The notes: generated from the letters alone by a model not told the origin. Counted from the first letter of the stretch, positions 1 to 12,680 are shown. The stretch is DNA of 64,000 nt from an uncultured Acidobacteriota bacterium (GCA_963725095.1 CAVRXJ010000022.1:135856-199855), one strand, 5' to 3'. Made by a program: numbers and translations.

Positions 1-899
1 ACGGGACCGTGTCGCGGCTCGAGGAGAACGTCTACCGCTGGACCGCGGCCGACCCGTCCCTGCGCTGGTTCCAGCAGAACGCGCTCGGCCTGAAGGTTCA
101 GATCGAGGACATCTCGGAGCAGATCGCCTCGCTCGCCCTCCAGGGCCCGACGTCGGGCCGCCTCCTGAAGCACGTCGCGGAGGGGCCGATCGAGAACCTC
201 AAGTATTTCCGGGTGACGAAGGCGAAGATCGCCGGCGTGCCGGTCGACATCTCGCGCACGGGCTACACGGGAGACCTCGGATACGAGATCTGGATCCCCT
301 GGAAGGAAGCGGGCAAGGTCTACGACGCGCTGATGGAGGGCGGGCGCGGGTTCGACATCCATCCGGCGGGCATGCTGGCGCTCGACGTCGCGCGGATCGA
401 GGCCGGGCTCCTGCTCATCGACGTGGACTTCCAGAGCAGCAAGAAGGCGATGATCGAGTCGCAGAAGTATTCGCCCTTCGAGATGGGCCTCCACCGGCTC
501 GTGGACCTCGACAAGGGCAAGTTCGTCGGGCAGCGGGCCCTGCGCGAAGAGAAGCGCAAGGGGCATCCCCGGGAGATCGTGGGGTTCGAAGTCGACTGGA
601 CGCGCGTCGAGGAATTGTTCGACGCGGTGGGACTTCCGCCGGGGGTGCCCGCCGCGGCCTCGCGCGTGGCCGTGCCGATGTACGGCCGCCTCGGCCAGGT
701 CGGGAAGGCCACGTCGACGACCTGGTCGCCGACGCTGAAGAAGCTGATCGGGCTGGCGACCGTCGCGGCGGAATACGCGGCCGTCGGAACGAACCTCGAG
801 ATGGAGCTGACGGTCGAGGCCGTCCGGCACAAGGTTCCGGCCACCGTCGTCAAGACGCCGTTCTTCAACCCGAAGCGCAAGACCGCGACCCCGGTCTGA
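1..899 (+). CDS. Aminomethyltransferase (GcvT-like, folate-binding) family protein, 5'-truncated by window edge
   Basis: ORF 9..899 stays open to base 1. Translation has GcvT-family core strings (ISRTGYTGDLGYEIWIP, HPAGMLALDVARIEAGL, GKFVGQRAL). The usual N-terminal ~100 aa are missing. Confidence 0.8.
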   Translation, partial: GTVSRLEENVYRWTAADPSLRWFQQNALGLKVQIEDISEQIASLALQGPTSGRLLKHVAEGPIENLKYFRVTKAKIAGVPVDISRTGYTGDLGYEIWIPWKEAGKVYDALMEGGRGFDIHPAGMLALDVARIEAGLLLIDVDFQSSKKAMIESQKYSPFEMGLHRLVDLDKGKFVGQRALREEKRKGHPREIVGFEVDWTRVEELFDAVGLPPGVPAAASRVAVPMYGRLGQVGKATSTTWSPTLKKLIGLATVAAEYAAVGTNLEMELTVEAVRHKVPATVVKTPFFNPKRKTATPV

Positions 900-921
900 G
901 TTCCCGTTCCGGGAGGGTTCG

Positions 922-2044
922 ATGAACGGTTCACTCTCCGAAGTCCTGAAAAGCTACGACGCGGAGGCGTCGCTCGAAGACGCCTGGACGATCCCCGCTC
1001 CCTACTACGTCGACCCGAGGGTGACGGAGCTCGAGCGCCAGACCGTCTTCTCGCGGACCTGGCAGATGGTGGCCCGCGCCGATCAGCTCGCGCAGCCGGG
1101 TCAGTTCGTGACGGCCGAGCTCGCGGGAGAGCCGATCGTCCTCGTCCGGGGCGAGGACCGCGTGCTGCGCGCGTTCTTCAACGTCTGCCGCCACCACGCC
1201 GCCGCCGTCGAGCCGCGCGCGGCAGGGACGACGCACCTGCTGCGCTGCCCGTACCACGGCTGGACGTACTCGCTCGAGGGACAGCTGAAGGGAACCCCGG
1301 ACTTCGCGGGCGTCTGCAACTTCGACAAGGCGTCCAACGGCCTTCAGCCGGTCGCCGTCGGCGGAGTGGGAAAAGTTCGTCTTCGTCAAGCTCGAGCCGG
1401 GAGGGCCGACGCTGACGGAGTACCTCGGGGATCTCGTGCCGCAGTTTGCCCCGCTCGGGCTCGACCGGTACCACTTCGTCGAACGTCGCGAGTGGACGTT
1501 CGAATGCAACTGGAAGGTCTTCGTCGACAACTACCTCGACGGCGGGTACCACGTCCCGCACCTGCACAAGGGGCTCTCGTCGGTGCTCGACTACAGCCAG
1601 TACACGATCTCCAACGGCGATCGCTACTGCCTCCAGCAGGCTCCCATCACGCACGAGAACGCGGAGGGCGACGTCGCGGCGGTGCGCACGGGACCCCGGG
1701 CGCTCTACTACTGGCTCTATCCGAACTTCATGATCAACTGGTACGAGGGGGTCCTGGACACCAACCTCGTCCTGCCGATCTCGGTCGGCCGCTCGCGGGT
1801 CATCTTCGACTTCTACTTCACCGACGTCGCGACCCCCGAAGCGATCGCGCGCAACAAGGCGTCGATCGACGTCGGCAACCGCGTGCAGGACGAAGACCTC
1901 GCCATCTGCGACGCCGTCCAGAAGGGCCTGGGCTCGCGGGCCTACGTGGCCGGGCGCCTCTCGGTGCGGCGGGAGGGGGGCGAGCACCTGTTCCACCGCA
2001 TGCTCGCGGCGGATCTGAAGGCGGGAGCAGGCGAGGGGCGCTGA
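922..2044 (+). CDS. Rieske [2Fe-2S] ring-hydroxylating oxygenase alpha subunit (choline-monooxygenase-like), one frameshift near 1365
   Basis: ATG 922 preceded by GGGAGGG. Rieske motif CRHH...CPYHGW in the 922 frame. The frame jumps +1 at VAVG|EWEKFVFVKLEPGG into ORF 1436..2044, which carries the catalytic-domain string NWKVFVDNYLDGGYHVPHLH. Confidence 0.85.
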
Positions 2045-2114
2045 GGCAGTCCTGAGTCCTTAAGAGAACCGCTCGAGCCGGTCGCCGGGCGCTTCGAGCC
2101 CCGATACATTCAGA

Positions 2115-2213
2115 TGTCATTCCGAGGCCCGCAGGCCGAGGAATCCCAGACATCTTGCGCCGTAGCGCGGGTCCTGCCGAGTTTGGGATCCCTCGCTATC
2201 GCTCGGGATGACA
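2115..2213. repeat. Palindromic ~100-bp intergenic element (REP/MITE-like), copy 1
   Basis: Left arm tgtcattccgaggcccgcaggccgaggaatccc (2115-2147). The right arm (2185-2213) reverse-complements to tgtcatcccgagcgatagcgagggatccc. It generates the spurious ORF MSFRGPQAEES... A second copy lies at 4264-4364. Confidence 0.6.
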
Positions 2214-2427
2214 ACCTCCACTCTTTTCAGAACCCTGCCACGGACTCGTCGCTTAGTCACGCTGGCGGCGCTCGTCGCGGCGCCGGTCCGACGTCGAAGG
2301 CGTCCCGACCGAGAATCGGCGCTCGGTGCGGCGGTGAGCGCGGCGGCGTTCTTTCGCCCGGCGCTCCCTCGCGGCGCGATCTTCTTTCGAGTGGCTCACC
2401 TTCCGATTGTGCGTCATCGCGGGCGCT

Positions 2428-2856
2428 CTAGTAAACCCCGCCGGTCAGGTGCACGATCGCGGTCCAGAGCCCGCGGCTGAATCGGAAGGAGAGGATCGGA
2501 AAGACGACGGCCGCCGTGCACCAGACGATCAGGCTCGTGCGGACGGTCCAGAGCGGCCCGAACCCGACGCCGATCATCAGCACGAAGGCGGTGACGAAGG
2601 TGTTGATGTCGAGCGAGCCCACCCACTGTCCGTGCTCGCGGGCGAAGCCGACGCCGCAGCAGGCGCAGTGGTCGTTCATGCCGAAGTAGGTCCGGAAGAG
2701 CTTCCCCTTGCCGCAGACCGGGCAGCGCAGGCGCAATCCCCGCCAGACCACCTTGCGCCAGTAGCCTTCCGGGAACCGGGCGGGCCGCCGGGCCGTCGCC
2801 GTCCACGGCAGAACGGCTCGGGGCGCTGGGGTCCGGGGCGCTTCCACAAGGGACAT
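2428..2856 (-). CDS. DUF983 domain-containing membrane protein
   Basis: ATG at 2856 inside ORF 2428..3207. Zinc-ribbon-like CPVCGKGKLF...HCACCG followed by two hydrophobic segments, typical of DUF983. Confidence 0.8.
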   Translation of the reverse strand: MSLVEAPRTPAPRAVLPWTATARRPARFPEGYWRKVVWRGLRLRCPVCGKGKLFRTYFGMNDHCACCGVGFAREHGQWVGSLDINTFVTAFVLMIGVGFGPLWTVRTSLIVWCTAAVVFPILSFRFSRGLWTAIVHLTGGVY

Positions 2857-2888
2857 AGTAGCCAACGGGAGGGGCGCCGGCGACGGCG

Positions 2889-3806
2889 TCAAAGCGAAAT
2901 CCGCAGTCCCTGCGGGGCGACGGACAGGCCCTGGGCCTCGAGCTCCCGGATGGCCGCCTCGTCCCAGAGCAGCCGGTTGGTGTGGTTCAGGTGCACGAAA
3001 TAGACCCGCGCGGCAGGCTTTCCGGCCGCGGTCAGGCGCCGCGCCGTGTCGGGCACGAGCGGGTGGGGGATGTCGGCGATCGACCGGCCGGGGATCTCGT
3101 CGGCGGAGAAGAAGGTTCCGTCCAGAAACATCGTGAGACCTGCCTCCGCCGCGAACGTTTCGAGCCTCCGGTCCCACTTCTCCCAGCGGTCGATGTCCGG
3201 CAGCCACAGCAGCCGTCCCGACGGCCCCTGGAGGAGGTAGGCGACGGTGTCGGAGTCCTCGTCGCGGTGCGGAACCTTGAGGGCGGTCGCCCGCAGGCCC
3301 GGCGTCAGCGAGAACTCCCTGCCGGGCTCGATCTCGCGGATCGCGATGTTGCCGCGCTCGACAAGACGGCTCCAGGGGCGGTTCTCCCGCAGGAACCTGG
3401 CCATGGAGGGGGTGCAGTAGACGGGCAGGTCGCGAGTGGCCGCGACTTCGCGCCCGAGCTGCGCGAGACCCAGGTAGTGTCCGACGTGGGCATGTGTGAG
3501 GAGGATCGCGTCAGGCATACCTCCCAGCTCCTCCACCTGCGCCGCGAAGTCGGGCGTCGCGTCGATCAGGAATCGCTTTCCCGCCGCCGCATCGACGAGG
3601 CCGAGCGAGGCCACGCGGTGGCGCTTCGAGGGGTCCTTCCGGGCCGCGACGCACAGCTCCTGGCGGCAGCCCAGGTGCGGCACGCCGCCGTCCTGGGCGT
3701 TTCCGAGGACGATGGCCTCGACCGATCCCGCGCCTGGGCCGCCTCCGGAAGCGGTCCGCGCCAGGGCCGCGAGGACCAGCGCCGCCGCTAATACGCGCCG
3801 CCTCAT
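2889..3806 (-). CDS. PqqB-like MBL-fold metallo-hydrolase with signal peptide
   Basis: Intact 305-aa ORF. N-terminal signal MRRRVLAAALVLAALARTASG, MBL motif LLTHAHVGHY, and overall PqqB-family pattern (GNAQDGGVPHLGC, FLIDATPD, YFVHLNHTN). Confidence 0.8.
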   Translation of the reverse strand: MRRRVLAAALVLAALARTASGGGPGAGSVEAIVLGNAQDGGVPHLGCRQELCVAARKDPSKRHRVASLGLVDAAAGKRFLIDATPDFAAQVEELGGMPDAILLTHAHVGHYLGLAQLGREVAATRDLPVYCTPSMARFLRENRPWSRLVERGNIAIREIEPGREFSLTPGLRATALKVPHRDEDSDTVAYLLQGPSGRLLWLPDIDRWEKWDRRLETFAAEAGLTMFLDGTFFSADEIPGRSIADIPHPLVPDTARRLTAAGKPAARVYFVHLNHTNRLLWDEAAIRELEAQGLSVAPQGLRISL

Positions 3807-3833
3807 GATCTAATAAGGCCTCCGGAGGTCATT

Positions 3834-4247
3834 ATGTCCCGCTCGCTTCCCCGTGACACCGCACGCGCGCTGGCGCCCATCGTCGTTCCGCTGGTCACCA
3901 AAGTCGCGCTGCCGATCTTCATCGAGAGCCTGCGCAAGCGCCGGCCCTTCGACGGCGACGCCTTCTTCGCGCAGGCGAGCGAAGGCCTGAAGAAGGGCTT
4001 CCAGAAGGCGCGTCCCGACCTCGAGGAGGTCAAGGACGAGGCCGTCGAGCGCGGCGCGCAGCTCTACGAAGACGCGCGCAAGCAGGGCGAGGAGCTCGTC
4101 GAGCTGCTGGCCGAGAAGGGCTCGAAGCTCGCGGAAGAGTGGCTGGGCGACGTGCGGCCGCGCCGCCGGCGCCGGATCCGGTGGGGCTACGTCCTCGGCG
4201 TCGTTGCCGTGATCGGCATCGGCGCGGCGATCATCGGGAGAGAGTGA
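3834..4247 (+). CDS. Hypothetical tail-anchored membrane protein
   Basis: ATG 3834 with GGAGG 5 nt upstream. Charged helical middle (EELVELLAEKGSKLAEEW) and C-terminal TM WGYVLGVVAVIGIGAAIIG. No family recognised. Confidence 0.5.
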   Translation: MSRSLPRDTARALAPIVVPLVTKVALPIFIESLRKRRPFDGDAFFAQASEGLKKGFQKARPDLEEVKDEAVERGAQLYEDARKQGEELVELLAEKGSKLAEEWLGDVRPRRRRRIRWGYVLGVVAVIGIGAAIIGRE

Positions 4248-4263
4248 CGCGCGCTCCGCGCGC

Positions 4264-4364
4264 GTCATCCCGAGCCGTCTTCGGCGAGGGATCCCGGACT
4301 ATTCCGGGGCCCGACGGATTTCGAAAAAGTCCGGGGTCCCTCGCGCCTTCGGCGACTCGGGACA
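4264..4364. repeat. Palindromic ~100-bp intergenic element (REP/MITE-like), copy 2
   Basis: gtcatcccgagccgtcttcggcgagggatccc ... ggggtccctcgcgccttcggcgactcgggacaa. Same arm consensus (GTCAT[TC]CCGAG-hairpin-GAGG[AG]ATCCC) as 2115-2213. Lies between the convergent 3' ends of 3834..4247 and ettA. Confidence 0.6.
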
Positions 4365-4375
4365 AATACAAACGG

Positions 4376-6059
<1,684 letters not shown>

Positions 6060-6073
6060 AAGAACCGCGCAGT

Positions 6074-6805
6074 CTACCCCGAAACCGGCGCCTCGCCCAG
6101 GTTGATCCCCATCGTGCCGAGCAGCCGGTTCTCGTAGCGGGCGTTCGCGAAGCCGGCCTCGCGCATCAGCTGCGCCACACCGCGCTGCGCGGGGAAGCGT
6201 TCGAGCGAGTCCGGGATGTAGAGGTAGGTCTGCGGGTCGCCGTGGAAGAGCCAGCCCATCGCCGGCATGGCGGTGCGCAGGTAGGCGCCGTAGAGGGCGC
6301 GCGCGATCGGGTTGTCGGGCTTGCCGAAATCGAGGATGACGGCGCGCCCGCCCGGCGCCAGCACGCGGCGGATTTCCGCGAGCGCCGCCGGCAGGTCCGC
6401 GACGTTGCGCAGGCCGTAGCTGACGGTGACGGCGTCGAACGAGCCCGTCGGGAAGGGGAGGCCGAGCGCGTCGGCCTGCACGAAGGCGCTGCGGCGGCCC
6501 TCCGCGGTCTTTCGGCGCCGCGCGACGGCGAGCATGGGCAGCGTGAAGTCGGCGCCCGTGACCGGCCCGGCGCCCTGCTCCTCCGCGAGAAAGCACAGGT
6601 CGCCGCTGCCGCAGCAGAGGTCGAGAACGCGCGCGCGCGCCGCGCCTCCCGACAGCGCCAGGCGGACGGTTTCCCGCTTCCAGCGCCGGTGCATCCCGAA
6701 GCTCATCAGGTCGTTGACGAGGTCGTACCGCCAGGCCAGGCGCGAGAACATCTCGCGCACCCGGGCGGCGCGCTTCTCGTCGTAGGAGAGGTACTTGTTC
6801 GGCAT
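6074..6805 (-). CDS. ubiE: Demethylmenaquinone/ubiquinone C-methyltransferase UbiE/MenG
   Basis: Intact 243 aa. UbiE-family strings [21 protein letters not shown] motif [24 protein letters not shown]. Confidence 0.9.
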   Translation of the reverse strand: MPNKYLSYDEKRAARVREMFSRLAWRYDLVNDLMSFGMHRRWKRETVRLALSGGAARARVLDLCCGSGDLCFLAEEQGAGPVTGADFTLPMLAVARRRKTAEGRRSAFVQADALGLPFPTGSFDAVTVSYGLRNVADLPAALAEIRRVLAPGGRAVILDFGKPDNPIARALYGAYLRTAMPAMGWLFHGDPQTYLYIPDSLERFPAQRGVAQLMREAGFANARYENRLLGTMGINLGEAPVSG

Positions 6806-6873
6806 CCGCGGGGCCTGATTATGCGACGGCGGGACGAAATGTCCCGCGATGTTGTAAGGTTTTGACGATCAGC

Positions 6874-8771
6874 ATGAGCGAACCCTCCCGCAAGCACGTC
6901 AGCGAGGCCGAGGCCCGGCAGGTGGCCGAGGAGGCGCGCGAGACCGAGTGGACGGCGCCGAGCTTCTTGAAGGAGCTCTTCCTCGGCAACTTCCGCCTCG
7001 ATCTGGTGCATCCGTTCCCGGCGGCGCCTCCCGAGCGCCCGGAGTTCCGGGCCTTCCGCGAGGCCATGACGAAGTTCCTGGCGGAGGAGGTGGACGCGGA
7101 CCGGATCGACCGCGAGGGGAAGATCCCGCCGAAGGTCATCCAGCGCCTGGCGGAGCTCGGCGCCTTCGGCATGAAGGTCCCGAAGGAGTACGGCGGTCTC
7201 GGCCTGTCGCAGCTCGAGTACGGCGAGATCATGAAGCTGCTCTCGAGCTGGGACGGCAACCTCGTCACGCTGCTCTCGGCGCACCAGTCGATCGGCGTGC
7301 CGCAGCCCCTGAAGCTCTTCGGCACGAAGGAGCAGAAGAAGAAGTACTTCCCGCGCCTGGCGAAGGGCGCGATCTCCGCCTTCGCCCTGACCGAGGCGCA
7401 GGTGGGCTCCGACCCGGCGAACCTCGCGACGACCGCGACGCGCACGCCCGAGGGCGACTACATCTTGAACGGCGAGAAGCTCTGGTGCACCAACGGCACC
7501 GTGGCCGAGCTCTACGTCGTCATGGCGAAGCACCCGGACACGAAGAAGATCTCCGCGTTCATCGTCGAGCGCGACTGGCCCGGGGTCGAGGTCGTGACGC
7601 GCTGCCACTTCATGGGGCTGCGGGCGATCGAGAACGGCGTCATCCGCTTCACGAACGTCCGCGTGCCGCGCGAGAACCTCCTGCTCGCGGAGGGGCGGGG
7701 CCTGAAGCTCGCCCTCGTGACCTTGAACACCGGCCGGCTGACGCTGCCCGCCTCCTGCGCGGCGTTTGCCAAGCGCTGCCTCGAGGTCTGCCGGGTCTGG
7801 TCGAACGAGCGCGTCCAGTGGGGCCAGCCGATCGGCAAGCACGACGCGATCGCGCAGCTGCTCGCCGAGATGGCGGCGACGACGTTCGCCATGGAAGCCG
7901 TTTCGGACCTGGCCTCCGCGATGGCCGACATGGGCGACCGCGACATCCGCCTGGAGGCGGCCGTCGCCAAGATGTGGAACTCGGAGGAGGGCTGGAAGCT
8001 CGTCGACCGCACGATGCAGATCCGCGGCGGCCGCGGCTACGAGACGGCGGATTCGCTGCGCGCGCGCGGCGAGAAGGGCGATCCCCGTCGAGCGCATGAT
8101 GCGCGATTTCCGCATCAACCTGATCTTCGAGGGCTCCTCGGAGATCATGCGCCTCTTCATCGCGCGCGAGGCGCTGGACCGGCACCTCGCCGTCGCGGGC
8201 GACCTCTTCAATCCGAAAGTCCCGACCTCCCAGAAGCTCGGGAAGGCCCTTCCGCGTTTCGTCGGCTTCTACGCGAAGTGGTATCCGTCGCGGTGGATCG
8301 GCTGGGGCCACGCGCCGCGCTTTGGCGAGTTCGGGCCGCTCGCGCCTCACGTGCGCTACCTCGAGCGCACGACGCGGCGCCTCGCGCGCGCGCTCTTCCA
8401 CATGATGGCCCGCTACGGCCCGAAGCTCGAGAAGCGGCAGGCGCTGATCTTCCGGGCCGTGGACATCGGCGCGGACCTCTTCGCCATGTCCGCCGCCGTC
8501 AGCCGCGCGCAGCAGATCCGGAAGGCCGGCAGGCCCGAAGCCGACCGCGCCGTCGAGCTCGCCGACATCTTCTGCCGGACGACCCGGCGGCGAATCGCCG
8601 CGCTCTTCTCCGGCCTGCGCTCGAACGACGACGTCGCGAAGTACCGGACCGCGCCGCCGCATCCTGGACGGCGAGCACGAATGGCTCGAGTCGGGGCTCG
8701 TTCCGTTCGATCCGGTCCGGGAGCTCTCGGAGGAGCTTCTTCCGCGGGAAGCGGTCGCCGGCCGAATCTGA
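6874..8771 (+). CDS. Long-form acyl-CoA dehydrogenase, two frameshifts (near 8070 and 8652)
   Basis: ATG 6874 (TTG 6862 also possible). ACAD strings [38 protein letters not shown], then +1 frame [24 protein letters not shown], then +1 frame [14 protein letters not shown]... to TGA 8769-8771. Confidence 0.9.
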
Positions 8772-8791
8772 ACTGACACTCCGGCCCATTC

Positions 8792-11522
8792 ATGAAACTC
8801 GGCGCGGCGGCCTTCTCCGGCGTCGTCATCCTCGCCCTGTTGGCGGCCCCGGCCGGCGCCGCGTTTTACACCGTCACGAACACCAATGACTCGGGAGCGG
8901 GGTCGCTGCGGCAGGCGATCCTGAGCGCCAACGCGGTCGCCGGGGCGACACGATCCGGTTCAGCATTCCCGGGTCCGGCGTCCATACGATTGCGCCGACC
9001 TCGGCGCTGCCGGCGATCACGAGCCCTGTCACGATCGACGGGAGCGCGCAGCTCGTCGAGATCTCCGGCGCGAGCGCTCCCGATGGCACCGACGCCCTGC
9101 GCGTCACGGGAGGCGGGAGCACGATCCGCCGCCTGACGATCAACCGCTTTCGGCAGCTCCTTTTCGGCGGCGGCGGCAATGCGATCGTGCTCGAGTCGGG
9201 AGGCGGAAACGCGGTGTTCGGCTGCATGATCGGCACCAACACCGCCGGGACCGTCGAGCTCGGCAACGGCGGAAACGGGATCGCGATCGTGGACTCCCCG
9301 AGCAACGTGATCGGCGGCGACGGTGGATCGCTTCAGAGAAACGTCATCGCCGGGGGCTTCGTGGGCGTTTTCATCAAGGGAGCGGGTTCGACCGGAAACA
9401 TCGTCAGGGGCAACCGCATCGGCCTCGGGAACTCCCTCGCGGCGGGGTTCGGGACGGCCGGCGACGGCGTCGTCCTTCGGGAGGGAAGCGGCAACCAGAT
9501 CCTCGGCAACCTGATCGGCGACAACACCGGCAACGGGATCGTGGTCAGCGTCGGGGCGACGGGGAACCTCGTTCAATCAAACGCCATCGGAGTCGAGACG
9601 GGTCCCGGCAGCGAGCCTCTCGGCAACGGCGGCGAGGGAATTCAGGTCAACGCCGCTTCCGGAAACACGATCGCCGGAAATCGGATCATCTGGAACGGCC
9701 GGAACGGAATCCTGCTCTTCAACGGCGCCAGCGGCAATCTCGTGCTGGGGAACTTCGTAGGCACCAACGAGGCGGGAACGGCGAATCTCGGCAACGCCGG
9801 CAACGGCATTCTCGTCACGGAAGGCGACGACAACCAGGTCGGGGGAATCTCGCCGGCCGACCGCAACTTCGTGTGCGGCAACGGCGCCAACGGGATCCGG
9901 CTTCGCAGCGGCAGCTCCGGAAATCTCGTTCGAGGCAATTTCGTCGGCGTAGGCCCCACCGGCGCCGCCAACGGCAACGGCGACGACGGGATCGAGATCA
10001 ACGACGGCGCCCACGACAACGTGATCGGCGGAAAGAGCGCCGGGGCGGGCAACGTCGTCTCCGGTAACGCCGTCAACGGCGTTCGGATCACGGACGCCAC
10101 GACGGCCGGAAACATCGTGCAGGGGAACTGGATCGGATCGGACGCGACCGGGTCTGCCGCGCTCGCAAACGCCGGCCACGGCATCCGAATCGAGAACGGC
10201 GCTCACGACAACAAGATCGGCGGGGCCGCCGCCGGTGGCGGCAACACGATCGCCTTCAACGGCGGCGCCGGTGTCTTCGCCGAATCCGGCGCGGGCAACG
10301 CGATCCTCGGCAACCTCATCCGCGGCAACGGCGGGCTCGGGATCGATCTCGCGCCCGAGGGCGTGACGGCGAACGACGCGGGAGACGCCGACTCGGGCGC
10401 CAACCAGCTTCAGAACTTCCCGGAACTGACGGCGGCCGCCTCGAGCGACGGCACGACGGCCGTGCAGGGAAGCTTGAGCGGCGTTCGCCGCCACGACCTT
10501 CCGGATCGAGTTCTTCGCGAGCGTCCTCTGCGACGCGTCGGGACACGGCGAAGGGCCGCTTCTTCCTCGGCGCGACGGATGTCGCGACGGACGCCGGCGG
10601 CAGCGCGGTCTTCAACGCGTGTCGTTGCCGGTCGCGGCGCGCGGCCCGTTCATCGCCGCCACGGCGACGGACGCGGCCGGAAACACGTCGGAGTTCTCGG
10701 CGTGCGTGACGGTTCCGGGACCGACGGTCTTCGAGCGTCGTCTCCGACGTCCGGCCCCGCGGCGGGCGGGACGGAAGTCACGATCACGGGCTCCGACTTC
10801 CAGGACGGCGCGGCGGCGCTCTTCGGGGGTATCGCGGGCTCGGGCTCGGTCACGGGCGGCACGACGCAGATTGCCGTGACGACGCCGGCGCTCGCTCCCG
10901 GCACGCTGAACGACGTGACCGCCGTCAACCCGAACACGCTTTCGGGGACGCCGCCCGAAGGCCTGGCTCGCGGACTTCTCCGACGTGCCACACGGATACC
11001 TCTTTCACGTCGCCGTCGAGAAAATCTTCCGCGCCGACATCACGACCGGTTGCGGGGGCGGCGAACTACTGCCCCGGCGAGCCGGTCAACCGTGCTGGCA
11101 TGGCGGTCTTTCTCCTGCGCGGCGAGCACGGCGGCGCGCACCAGCCGCCGGACGCCAAGGGAGGAGTCTTCGACGACGTTCCGCTCGGGACGTTTCTCGG
11201 GGCGTGGATCGAGGAGCTGGCGGCCGAGGAAGATCACGACCGGCTGCGGGCAGGGCAACTACTGCCCCGAGGCTCCGGTCACGCGCGCCGGGATGGCGGT
11301 CTTTCTGCTGCGCGCCAAGCACGGCGCCGACTACCATCCGCCGGCCGGCGCGGGGGACGTCTTCGACGACGTTCCGCTCGGGACGTTCCTCGGCGACTGG
11401 ATCGAGCAGCTCGCCGCGGAAGGCATCACCGCAGGCTGCGCCGCGAAGCTCTTCTGCCCGGATCAGCCCGTGACCCGCGGCGAGATGGCGGTCTTCCTGG
11501 TCCGGACGTTCGGCCTGACTGA
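8792..11522 (+). CDS. Secreted parallel beta-helix repeat protein with C-terminal IPT/TIG and three Cys-containing SLH-like repeats; at least 8 frameshifts
   Basis: Signal peptide [23 protein letters not shown]. Long run of right-handed beta-helix repeats (GNxIxGNxIG...NGxxGI). IPT-like [16 protein letters not shown]...[12 protein letters not shown]. Three repeats of F.DVP..F..WIE.LAAEGIT.GC....YCP..PVTR..MAVFL. Pieces lie in ORFs 8792, 9187, 10619, 10985, 11100. The stop is ambiguous (11516-11522). Confidence 0.75.
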
Positions 11523-11526
11523 CGCC

Positions 11527-12477
11527 CTACGCCAGCCCCGGCACCTCGTCGGTTCCCTCGTTGATCCCTTCGAAGAGGATCGTCGAGAGGTAGCGCTCGC
11601 CCGTGTCGGGCAGCATCGCCAGGAGCACGGAGCCCTTGGGCGCCTTTTCGGCGACCTTGCGCGCCGCGGCGAACGTGCCGCCGGAGGAGATCCCGCAGAA
11701 GATCCCTTCCTTGGACGCGAGGTCGCGCGCGGCGTCGCGGGCCTCGGTGTCGCTGACCGTCACGATCTCGTCGTAGACCTCGCGGGAGAGGACGGCCGGG
11801 ATGAAGTCCGGCGTCCAGCCCTGGATCTTGTGGGGCTTCCACTCGTTGCCCGTCAGGAGCGCGGCGCCTTCGGGCTCCGTCACGATGACCTTGATCTCCG
11901 GCCGGGCCTTCTTCAGCATCTCGCCGGCGCCCGTCAGCGTCCCGCCCGTGCCGTAGCCGGTGACCCAGTAGTCGAGCCTCTTGCCGGCGAAGTCGCGCAG
12001 GATCTCCGGCCCGGTCGTGTTGCGGTGGTACTCGGGGTTGGCCGGGTTCTCGAACTGCCGCGCCAGGAACCACCCGTTCTTCTTCGCGAGCTCCTCGGCC
12101 TTCTTGACCATTCCGCTGCCCCTCTCGGCCGCCGGCGTGAGGACGACCTTGGCCCCGAGGATGCGCATCAGCTTTCGCCGCTCGATCGAGAAGCTGTCCG
12201 ACATCAGGGCGACGAAGGGGTAGCCCTTCGCGGCGCAGACCATCGCGAGCGCGATCCCGGTGTTTCCCGACGTCGCCTCGACGACCGTCTGGCCCGGCTT
12301 CAGCGTGCCGCGCCGCTCCGCGTCCTCGATGATCGCGATGGCGAGCCGGTCCTTGACCGAGGAGAGCGGGTTGAAGGCCTCGCACTTGACGTAGATCGTG
12401 ACGCCCGAAGGCGAGAGCTTGTTGATCCGCACGACGGGCGTGTTGCCGATGGTTCCGAGGATGTTTTCGTGAATCAT
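11527..12477 (-). CDS. cysK: Cysteine synthase A (O-acetylserine sulfhydrylase)
   Basis: ATG at 12477 inside ORF 11527..13116. 316 aa with the PLP lysine motif [19 protein letters not shown] and GTGGT loop. Intact. Confidence 0.95.
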   Translation of the reverse strand: MIHENILGTIGNTPVVRINKLSPSGVTIYVKCEAFNPLSSVKDRLAIAIIEDAERRGTLKPGQTVVEATSGNTGIALAMVCAAKGYPFVALMSDSFSIERRKLMRILGAKVVLTPAAERGSGMVKKAEELAKKNGWFLARQFENPANPEYHRNTTGPEILRDFAGKRLDYWVTGYGTGGTLTGAGEMLKKARPEIKVIVTEPEGAALLTGNEWKPHKIQGWTPDFIPAVLSREVYDEIVTVSDTEARDAARDLASKEGIFCGISSGGTFAAARKVAEKAPKGSVLLAMLPDTGERYLSTILFEGINEGTDEVPGLA

Positions 12478-12680
12478 GGCTTTCCGTCCTTTCGCTTCGG
12501 CTGAATGAAAATCGGGGCACGGGGCCGAAAGATTCCGCCGCCGGCCAGACCCGCCGGGCGCGGCTGACATCGGCCCTGGGCGCCGAAGGATCGGGCGGCG
12601 TCTGGAACGGGCGGCGGCGATCGCGGCATTCATCAAGGCGCCATTGCTCCCTCGAGAGAGCGTAGGATATGCGATCCAAT

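Noticed and set aside
2253-2417. 54-aa highly basic minus-strand ORF (MTHNRKVSHSKEDRAARERRAKERRRAHRR...) 8 nt downstream of the DUF983 stop
   Set aside because: No Shine-Dalgarno. Arg-rich composition is what random frames give at this GC content. It could be real, but I have no supporting evidence.
2114-2431. 105-aa ORF beginning MSFRGPQAEES
   Set aside because: Generated by the palindromic repeat element. The same arm sequence recurs non-coding at 4264. No RBS or coding-like continuation.
6706-8779. Minus-strand ORFs of 501, 376, 208 and 166 aa opposite the acyl-CoA dehydrogenase
   Set aside because: All are antisense to a conserved ACAD reading frame and lack any recognisable motif.
12505-12567. 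20-aa ORF (MKIGARGRKIPPPARPAGRG) upstream of the M64 peptidase, considered as a RiPP precursor for the SPASM enzyme
   Set aside because: No RBS, no Cys/Ser/Thr-rich core, noncoding-like composition, and it lies in the cysK promoter region.
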